Source: Owenia fusiformis (Eukaryota). Taken from it: a DNA stretch of 64,000 bases. The position numbers and the translations under genes were made by a program. Under the pieces are notes generated by a model that saw only the letters and a program-made list of their open reading frames with translations, had not been told where the DNA came from and made no database searches. Shown piece after piece: positions 50,949 through 61,408 of this stretch. Numbering within the stretch: position 1 is the first letter of the stretch; every line of letters begins with the position of its first letter. Where the stretch lies: contig CAIIXF020000001.1 of assembly GCA_903813345.2 (NCBI GenBank), positions 1,736,001-1,800,000 of the forward strand, given 5' to 3'.

Positions 50949-52129
50949 AATATACGCTCGCTTATTTTATGCTTTTATCAACAGACGCTTTCTTGGATGT
51001 TTGGCTTTAGTGATTGGAGTTGAAGGTAACAACAGTACGCATCGTTTGAGGTATGACATGTGATATTTATTGAAAAACTGACTCCAAAATCAACGAAAAA
51101 TAAATTTTCCGAAGATCTCGTGTCTTATCCTTGAGTATATTTATTGAGCCTGGACACAGAGGAGCTTTTCTGGCAGAGGTCCGTGGTTGCAGCTGTCAGT
51201 TTTTCATTTTGACAAGATTTAGATCTGTAGCAGAGGCGCCTAGATTTAGACACCTCGCCTAGGAGTGAATCAGGTAAACTAATTAACATGTATTGTAGGT
51301 AATATATTGTCATACTTCTGGTGCATTTATGCCAAATTGTGGTGGAACCATCCACCTGAGGCACCTCCTGGAAGCTGTTGTGTAACAAGCCAGTTACTAG
51401 ACTGATGCTCTACCACTGTGACTGGCTGTACGGTAGAAACTTGCTATCAAGGGTCATTACATTAGTCTCATAGCTAACAAGACTACTCTTTTATTGAGTG
51501 TCATGCCTACCCTGAAGTATATAACCCAGCAAGGTTAAGATCCCCATGCATGAGTGATAGACAACTGCAAACTTTGGGATTGGGATCCCAGGATTGGGAT
51601 CAATTTTAGATTTCATATGACTGGCTATATTACAGTTTATAGTCCGAAGGCAAAGATGGGCTATGATAAAAAGAACCTCTTCAACATCTAACGTGAGCTA
51701 AACCAGTAGCAAAATATACAAACCTTAAGCATCACATTAAATGAAATAAACAAAATGACACAAAATAGACTTGTGATGAATGGTGTTTTCTTTTCTCACC
51801 CTTTTGATATATAGTACACATGTACTATGAAATGTATAAATGTTATAAATACATATATTTTTGAGAATATATTAACATAAAGTGCTGACTGGCTACACCC
51901 ATGTATGTGCTTCAAGAAAGCACTTTGCCATTTGAACAAAATCAAACTGGTCTGAACCGTTATGTTTTCACTGTAAATCTGCACATCCCATATAGTCTTT
52001 TTTAAATAAGCAAAAAGATTTATCTTTTCAATTTTGAATACAATTGTTTTATGCTGCATCTTAATTTTTGAGTTTTTAACAGTGTGATGAAAACTTATTC
52101 TTTTCTGTTTGCAGTTAAAAAGCCAAACA

Positions 52130-55100
52130 ATGACAAATGAACAGGATCCTATGCTGGCATACAATCCCACCAATTTTGGTACAAGTAAATTACATCTATT
52201 GACTCTACCACCAGAGCTACTATTGCATATATGCTCATACCTCAAAGCAAAGTTTGTGATAAAGACATTAAGCCAGGTGTGTAAGGCACTGAATGAACTA
52301 GTCAAGGATGAATCCACATGGAGAATTAGAGTTGCAAAAAGATTCCCGAAGCCATTCCCAATACTGCCAGGTAACAAATATTGCTTAAAGATGAATTAAC
52401 AATATTGTGTTCTTGTGTGATTTGTATTTAGCAAGCATCAACTATTATATCAATTATATTTAGGGTAATTACGTATTTGAGAGAAAAGAGATATTTAACA
52501 TACCACAGATTAAGTCCAGGAAACAAACCACACTGAAATATATATTCTTTTAAACATTGCCTCTAGTTTCTGCTCTTATTTAAAATACTCTACGTCCCTT
52601 TCTTTGTCAATCTTGAGTTCATATTGTCTATTTTTACATGATGTGTGTGTTTATACTGGTTTTCAGCTGATGATGTATTTGATTGGCAGACAGCCTGTAT
52701 CGAGAGAGAGGAAAAGTTTGAACTTTGGTGTGAACCAGAGGAGACAATGGATCATTTCACCTACAGAGAAGAAATCTTTGCTCCCGTAGATGCAGTTCAT
52801 TTAATGAAGGTAATGCATGCATGTATTGTAATAGCCATACTGCACATAATGCATGCATGCATTGTAATAACCATACTGCACATAATGCATGCATGCATTG
52901 TAATTGCCATACTGCACATAATGCATACATGCATTGTAATAGCCATACTGCACATAATGCATGCATGCATTGTAATTGCCATACTGCACATAATGCATAC
53001 ATGCATTGTAATAGCCATACTGCACATAATACATGCATGCATTGTAATAGCCATACTGCACATAATACATGCATGCATTGTAATAGCCATACTGCACATA
53101 ATGCATGCATGCATTGTAATAACCATACTGCACATAATACATGCATGCATTGTAATAACCATACTGCACATAATACATGCATGCATTGTAATAGCCATAC
53201 TGCACATAATGTATGCATGCATTGTGATAGCCATACTGCACATAATGCATGCATGCATGCATTGTAATAGCCATACTGCAAATAATGCATGCATGCATTG
53301 TAATAGCCATACTGCAAATAAGGCATGCATGCATTGTGATAGCCATACTGCACATAATGCATGCATGCATTGTGATAGCCATACTGCACATAATGCATGC
53401 ATGCATTGTAATAGCCATACTGCACATAATGTATGCATGCATTGTAATAGCCATACTGCACATAATGCATGCATGCATTGTAATAGCCATACTGCACATA
53501 ATGCATGCATGCATTGTAATAGCCATACTGCACATAATGCATGCATGCATTGTAATAGGCATACTGCACATAATGCATGCATGCATTGTAATAGCCATAC
53601 TGCACATAATACATGCATGCATTGTAATAGCCATACTGCACATAATACATGCATGCATTGTAATAGCCATACTGCACATAATGCATGCATGCATTGTAAT
53701 AACCATACTGCACATAATACATGCATGCATTGTAATAACCATACTGCACATAATACATGCATGCATTGTAATAGCCATACTGCACATAATGTATGCATGC
53801 ATTGTGATAGCCATACTGCACATAATGCATGCATGCATGCATTGTAATAGCCATACTGCAAATAATGCATGCATGCATTGTAATAGCCATACTGCAAATA
53901 AGGCATGCATGCATTGTGATAGCCATACTGCACATAATGCATGCATGCATTGTGATAGCCATACTGCACATAATGCATGCATGCATTGTAATAGCCATAC
54001 TGCACATAATGTATGCATGCATTGTAATAGCCATACTGCACATAATGCATGCATGCATTGTAATAGCCATACTGCACATAATGCATGCATGCATTGTAAT
54101 AGCCATACTGCACATAATGCATGCATGCATTGTAATAGGCATACTGCACATAATGCATGCATGCATTGTAATAGCCATACTGCACATAATGCATGCATGC
54201 ATTGTAATAACCATACTGCACATAATGCATGCATGCATTGTAAGAGCCATACTGCACATAAGGCATGCATGTATTGTAATAGCCATACTGCACATAATAC
54301 ATGCATGCATTGTAATAACCATACTGCAAACATAATACATACATGCATTGTAATAGCCATACTGCACATAATGCATGCATGCATTGTAATAACCATACTG
54401 CACATAATACATGCATGAATTGTAATAGCCATACTGCACATAATGCATGCATGCATTGTAATAGCCATACTGCACATAATGCATGCATGCATTGTAATAG
54501 CCATACTGCACATAATACATGCATGCATTGTAATAGTCATACTGCACATAATGCATGCATGCATTGTAATAACCATACTGCACATAATACATGCATGCAT
54601 TGCAATAGCCATACTGCACATAATGCATGCATGCATTGTAATAACCATACTGCACATAATACATGCATGCATTGTAATAACCATACTGCAAACATAATAC
54701 ATGCATGCATTGTAATAGCCATACTGCACATAATGCATGCATGCATTGTAATAGCCATACTGCACATAATGCATGCATGCATTGTAATAGCCATACTGCA
54801 CATAATGCATGCATGCATTGTAATAGGCATACTGCACATAATGCATGCATGCATTGTAATAGCCATACTGCACATAATGCATGCATGCATTGTAATTGCC
54901 ATACTGCACATAATGCATGCATGCATTGTAATTGCCATACTGCACATAATGCATGCATGCATTGTAATAACCATACTGCACATAATGCATGCATGCATTG
55001 TAATTGCCATACTGCACATAATGCATGCATGCATTGTAATAACCATACTGCACACAATGCATGCATGCATTGTAATTGCTCAAAATATTTCTTAACTAAG

Positions 55101-58100
55101 GTATCACAGCATAAAATATATTTTGTTGGGAGGGGACTAGGGGCTATCAGGAGTAGCATTGGTCATCCCAACGGACAAAGTTTGAATGGGATATTGTGAA
55201 GTATTTATTGTGAACTGTCTGACTGTTAAGAGTTAAATATACTAAACGTTTGAGAATTAGAATTGATAGATTGTTCTTTGGGATTTGCTACTACATGGGG
55301 TTGCCACTTACTAGTTTTTTATTTGTTTGTAAATTGAATATATTCATCTTGACACTATTAACCGTTGATAAAATGTAGCATCTTCATCCACTAAGCTTAT
55401 GTCAGTCACAGTGAAGATGTAAAGATGAAAATAGTACATGTGCTTATGTTTTACAGAATGGCCAGTTATTAGCATCTGGATCAAGGGATCGTTATTTAAA
55501 CCTCATTGATGTTACAAAGCTGGAGTCTGGGGATCCAGTGAGTGTTAAGGCATCCAAAGTGGAATCTTTAATGGATGCACATAAAGTAAGTACAAGCACT
55601 TTCTGGATCTTTTAATGTAGAGGACACTTTCTATGTTGTTAATTTTAAGGAAAGATATATGTTGTCAGGTTTTAGGTTCTGGAAGAGTTTAACAGTTTAA
55701 GGTGAATTTCCTTTTACTCTAGGAGCGAGGAGGAAAATTCTCAATGAACATTTTAAGATGAACTTCTTTTCCAAATAATTGAATCATTCATTACTTATTG
55801 GACACCCTGTAGTTTACATGGGATTTTTGCCAATTAAAATATACAAAAATACATTGATTGGTTAAGTTGTAAAAACTTGATAGCCAAGCTGACTTTCAAT
55901 ACAGTAAAACCTGTATATCTGAACACCTGGCTAATCCGAACACCTTCCAATTTGAACACTTTTTTTTCGGTCCCATTTTTTCCTCCCATTGACTCCCATG
56001 TTAAAAAAAACTTGAAATCTGAACACCTCCTAATTTGAACAGTGAACAACCAGATTTGAAAAAGTGACCTGTCTAATCTGAACATTTTTTATCAGAAATC
56101 AAATGTCTGGACATTTCAATTAAAGCCACATATTGAGTCAATGTTATAGTTGTTATTTATCTTTACATATATACAAATGCAATCAAAGAACCAATCGTCC
56201 TAATTAACTTATTTAGTCTCAGTGACATCCCTAATTTGTGGAAAACAACAGGATGTTTTGGAAAGGTGTGAATACAGGAGTTAATTGGTTTATCCTATTA
56301 GAAAAGAACTGAATGTTTTATTTTTGGATTAAGAGAAAGGTGTGAATCAAGAAGATAATTGATTTATAATTATTGGAAATTACCTGGATGTTTTTGATTT
56401 GGATTAAGAGAAACGTGAGAGTCTGGGAGATAATTGGTTTATCCTTATTGTAAATTAACTGGATGTTTTTGATTTGGATTATGAACAGGTCTTAACTGTT
56501 TTATATCCCATGGGTATGTTATGATAGCTAAGATTCAATCAGTATGTTTTATAATCACAAAGACAACACAGACGCCATTTGCAGACATATATATCACGAG
56601 AAGGAGAAAAAATCCAACTTCGTAATATTCGCATACATCTGACATCCTGAATGCCCTTGATATTTTGAAGGATTATACATCACCTCGAATGAACACTCAT
56701 GAAAAATTATTTTTACTTGAAGAGGATATCTACTCAAATATTGCTAATGCTAAAAGTGCTAAGAAACAAACTTGAAGGACTTTTTCAAGCAAAAGTAAAG
56801 CAGTGCTATATAACCATAATATGGGATAAGCCATTTGATAAGCATACGATTTCGTACGAGACTATCATATACTTTTACAGTGTATTACAAAGTTTTTGCC
56901 AAAATATAAGAGTTATTTTTATTAAAATGATGAAATAGCATAGGCTATAGGCCTATTGTGGAATTAACTCATCAACAACATGTATTGTTTTCTGACTTAG
57001 TATTAAGTGTTCTATAAAGTGCACTGAACAATGAAAATCCCCCCCCCCCCCGACCAACAAAATCCTTGAAATTTGAACACCTGCCAATTTGAACGCTTTT
57101 AGCTGGAGCCATGGGTGTTCGGATTAGACAGGTTTTACTGTAGTTTCATTTCAAGCATTCACCTTCAAAGAAATTAGCAATGTGGATGTGGGGAAAATCA
57201 GAAATTATGCTTATCTGGCCAATAACTTCTCTATTCAGAGTGGGCGAAACATGTGGGTCGACATATAAGTGAATTCTTGGAATCTGAGGTTAACAGGCGA
57301 CAGGCAGTTCTCTTCAGTTGTTCATACCAACATTACTTTGAGGAATTTGTAACCTTTTCAATGTTAAAAGTTTGATTTCTGATCTCTGATAATCTTGCCT
57401 GTTGTTTGTGTGAATGAAAGCTCATGAATCTTTATAAGATATAGACTACTGAGTGATAAATGAAATTCATCGATATACAGTAAGACTCTTCCAGTAGAAC
57501 ACTTTAAATTCCTGTTGCCCATAAGGTTAGACCACTTTAAGTGAAACACTTTCAAGCTTAGGTTGAACACTATTTTAAGGTAGAAAAGGTGTTCCATTTA
57601 TGCAGGTTTTACTCCGTCTATGTATTAACCAATATTATTCATTGTTTCAGGGTTGGATCTGGAGTCTCGCATCTGTAGGGAATTCTCTATGTTCAGGCTC
57701 TTGGGATACGTACATAAAGTTCTGGGATCTTAATGCTCCTCAGTTACAGACAGTAAACAAAATAAAGTAAGAAATTGAAAAATGTTGTAATGAAATTGTT
57801 CTTAGAAATCTTTGAAATAAGTCATAGCTTAGTGAAATGGTAGTCAGGAAGATAACATGATTCAAAAGACTCTGTGTGACACTATACACCTTATAGTTCC
57901 TTTTACATGAATCATGCTTTAAATGTACATGTATTTGAAATTATCTCTGGTAAATTATTACAACAGCATCACCCATTTCAGAAAATCTATGATAGGCTGT
58001 GGATGTGGGGATGGTCGTTATAAAACACCCTGTAAAAATGTAGTTCATGCTGTATTTAGAAGTTTATATTGTAGAGTCAAAAAAGTGGATGGAGTTTATA

Positions 58101-59435
58101 TGTCAACAAAAGTGCATTGAATCTTGTAATGTTGAACAGTGCATTTATATGACTTTGTACTTTTAGATTAAAATCTGCTGTCTTGTGTATGCACTATGAA
58201 GAAGGAGAACTGTTCGCTGGGGGATTTGATAAGAAAACCTACAGAATTGACCCAAGAACAAGTTCAATAGTATCTGAATTTATGCTCCACAAGAAACCAG
58301 TGCTGTGTATGGTGGCAGATGAGAAGCATGTGATTACAGGGGGAGAGGATGAAACTATATATGTGCTGGATAGACGCTCTAATGGTGTACTCAAGTCTAT
58401 AAATGTAATAATGGCTTTTATATGGGCTTCACTTTTCAGTTCTGAATTTGGTTGAGGGAATATTGTCTCAAAATTAAAAACTTTCAAATCCAAGTAAAAT
58501 AAGATTCATGTTGTATTTACAGTATCTACGTTTTCACTCAATCCTCTCTGTATGCAGTTACTACATAACATAGTTTGTTGGCTTGCCACTTTGAAAGAAT
58601 AGCAATACCATGTGATTCTTATCTGACTTAGTTTGATTTAATATTTTAGATTGGAAGTTTTGCAATGTCTATGTGCTATAATGATGGCCAGCTGTGGGTG
58701 GGAGACAAGACAGGCCATATACACCTGCTCGACCCTAAACATGGCAAATTTGATGTTGTACAGGTAATTTTTAGAATAAAATAAAAACTGGGAATATGTT
58801 CAATTACATGTAGTTATATAGCTTCGAGAATTCCAAGATCAAAAGACTAGTCTCAGTTTGGAGAATGAAGTTCATCAGTCTACTGCACGTTACGCCTGCT
58901 TTGGGCAATTTTGCATATTGTAGATTTAAATGTCCTCTTTTGAATATCCATAATTTAATTTTTCCATAATAATATTTTTCATCAAAAAAGTATTAGCGCA
59001 GTACACTGATGAACTTCTTTCTTTAAATCGAGACTTGTCTTTTATTGAATCAGTCTCCTGCACGTTACGCCAGCTTCGGACAAATAATTTAATTTGGGTG
59101 ATATTTCTATATTTTTCATGAAAAAAATTATTAGTCCAGAAGACTGTTTTCCAAACCGAGACTTGTCCTTTTTAAAAGTGTCCAGGCTTTATTTGTGAGT
59201 ATTTCTGTAATTTCCACATCCCAATCGCATTGTATCATTGAATATTTTTTCACACTTAAAAGATTTGTTCTGATTTCAGTCCTATGAAACTGGCCAGAGT
59301 GGTAAAATAACAGATCTCCACAATACCCTAGGTGCGATCTTCTCTGCCTCTACTGATAAAACTGTCAATGTTTTAGAACCAAATGAAAACCCTGGAGTCA
59401 TATCTCAACTAAAGTTTGATATGGAAGCAGCCTCG
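52130..59435 (+). CDS. FBXW9: F-box/WD repeat-containing protein 9 (3' partial; final exon not located)
   Basis: Phase-consistent exons 52130-52370, 52667-52809, 55457-55585, 57651-57766, 58167-58404, 58650-58763, 59280-59435. LLTLPPELLLHICSYL, FDWQTACIE, SGSRDR, HKGWIWSLA..SGSWD and LHKKPVLCMVADEKHVITGGEDETIYVLDRR align with human FBXW9 as I recall it. Confidence 0.93.
52811..55080. repeat. 36-bp minisatellite, ~63 copies, starting at the 5' splice site of an FBXW9 intron
   Basis: Unit taatgcatgcatgcattgtaatagccatactgcaca. Explains all long MHAC-type ORFs at 52645-55199. Confidence 0.98.
55902..57140. mobile_element. Tc1/pogo-type non-autonomous element (CAGTAAAACCTG TIR family)
   Basis: TA-cagtaaaacctgtatatctgaacacc ... 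ggtgttcggattagacaggttttactg-TA. Related fragments occur near 13730-13897, 32860-33015, 57478-57615 and 60905-60933. Confidence 0.9.
58842..59170. mobile_element. Small inverted-repeat element with a partial tandem duplicate
   Basis: aaagactagtctc..gaagttcatcagtctactgc / gcagtacactgatgaacttc..gagacttgtcttt. A second partial copy of ctgcacgttacgcc...gagacttgtc follows. Confidence 0.6.
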
Positions 59436-59454
59436 GTGAGTTTATTACATGTGT

Positions 59455-59731
59455 AAAATGTCACCACCAAGATGTGATGAATATTGTTAAAGCCACCTTT
59501 TGGTGGTGAATATTGTTAAAGCCACCTTTTGGTGGTGAATATTGTGAAAGCTATCCTTTGGTGGTGAATATTGTTAAAGCCATCCTTTGGTGGTGAATAT
59601 TGTGAAAGCCACCATCTTATGTGACCAACATTCAATGTTGGTGGTTGACTTCAGTGACAAATTGTTACACTAAGGTAACAACTTGCAATAGCTCACAGGT
59701 GGTAACATTGTTGACATGGTTAATGCCTTGT
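59455..59731 (-). mobile_element. HINE-like element of the acaaggcattaa family with an amplified 3' hairpin (~30-bp tandem units)
   Basis: The minus strand starts acaaggcattaaccatg..ttaccacc. Contains repeated gccaccttttggtggtgaatattg units. Confidence 0.6.
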
Positions 59732-59958
59732 GGAAGAACTGATAATTTTGAAACAAATGATTAGCAAAGTTAGAATAGATTGTGTTGTGTAAGTTTCTTA
59801 AAGGCCAGATTGATGGTTGGTGACCATCACATTGTACATTCAAACTGTAGTTCAAACCTTAAATAAATGATTTATTTCATTTAATTCTCAAAAAATATCA
59901 ATTTCAGTTGAGTTACCAAGACAACACATTAGCCATAGGCTGCAGTAATGCTTCAATC

Positions 59959-60285
59959 GGAATATGGCGTCCAAAGAATGTATCATAGAGAGCCTAGGGA
60001 TTCCAACCAAGCCAAGATATGGGGAATATGGCGTCCGAAGTATATATATCATAGAGAGCCTAGGGATTCCAACCAAGCCAAGATACGGGGAATATGGCGT
60101 CCAAAGAATATATCATAGAGAGCCTAGGGATTCCAACCAAGCCAAGATATGGGGAATATGGCGTCCAAAGAATATATCATAGAGAGCCTAGGGATTCCAA
60201 CCAAGCCAAGATATGGGGAATATGGCGTCCAAAGAATATATCATAGAGAGCCTAGGGATTCCAACCAAGCCAAGATATGGGGAAT
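59959..60285. repeat. 64-bp tandem repeat, ~5 copies
   Basis: Unit ggggaatatggcgtccaaagaatatatcatagagagcctagggattccaaccaagccaagatat. Confidence 0.95.
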
Positions 60286-60463
60286 GCAACACCGTACAAT
60301 ACAATTGCAGTTTATTTACATTCGTACGAAAGCAGGCATGAAATCCATTTTTAGGATTGAATACTTGATATGATCGGATCAACTTTCAATGTGACTGACA
60401 GTAATGAACAGATAATTAAACAACAGGGTTACATAACTTACACATTCGGCTTGATGTATACTA

Positions 60464-60658
60464 CACTCCCCTCCATAAATTTGGCAACAGGAATATTAAT
60501 TGGATGGTGTTTGAATCTTAATTTTTGTTAATTTATTAGCCTACAGTAATGAGAAAATTTATGATTTTGACGGATTTCTTTAAATCGCAAAACAAGAACA
60601 GTCTTTGGTAAATGATCCAAAAAAGGACATCCAGTTGCCAATCTTATGAAGGGGAGTG
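60464..60658. mobile_element. Tc1-type MITE
   Basis: TA-cactcccctccataaatttggcaac ... gttgccaatcttatgaaggggagtg-TA. Confidence 0.82.
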
Positions 60659-61408
60659 TACATTTAGTCATCTCTAACAGATTTTCATTTTATGAAAAAT
60701 CTGATTGACATTTTGTTTTTATAGCATTTAGTCCCCAATATAAACATTCCCAAACGTATTTTGTGAAGGTTACTCAGTTACTTTTTCCTGATATATGTCA
60801 TTTCCATTTTCACCAGGTGGCCGGCCAAAAGTCTTCAGATTCATAGAGAAATAACAAATTTTTAAATGAAAAAAAGTGTTCACATCGAGATGTTTGGATT
60901 GGAGGGGTGTTCAGATATACAGGTTTTACTGTATCGTCTACTCATGACTCATTGATCTCTAAGTATATAATATGTTGCCAGTATTAAAGCTGTATATTTC
61001 AATGTGATCCATAAATAATTTAGAGTATTTCTAATATCTCTACCTGCTTATATGATGTCTTTAGCATAGTCCAATCATTATGTTGGCAAATGCATATTGT
61101 ACATAGGTTTTAACAGTTTAAAGCTGTGAATAAAAATTATTTATTTGATATTAATATTATACATTATAGTAAACTCTGCATTAACAATGTTGTTTATTTA
61201 TTTAAAAATCCAAGGTAAAGTTAGTTGTCCCATCAAATAGTTTTGTTAGGGATATACTAGTGAATACATCCATCCATCTATCTGTCTGTCCAGGAAATAA
61301 ATAAAATACTCATGCTACTGGACCAATAACACTTGTTCTGGGGGTTTTAGTTCTTTCATCTAAATCTAGAATGTTTTTATGAAATTTTGAGAGTAGATAA
61401 TTACTAAG

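Noticed and set aside
51796-52377. 193-aa minus-strand ORF
   Set aside because: It is the antisense shadow of an FBXW9 exon plus AT-rich intron, with no recognisable domain.
52645-55199. Long Cys/His/Met-rich ORFs of up to 800 aa on both strands
   Set aside because: These are translations of the 36-bp minisatellite, whose unit is divisible by 3. Only 52667-52809 is a real FBXW9 exon.
60817-60846. Candidate last FBXW9 exon (tttcaccag|gtggccggc...)
   Set aside because: It encodes only VAGQKSSDS*, which does not resemble the expected final WD repeat.
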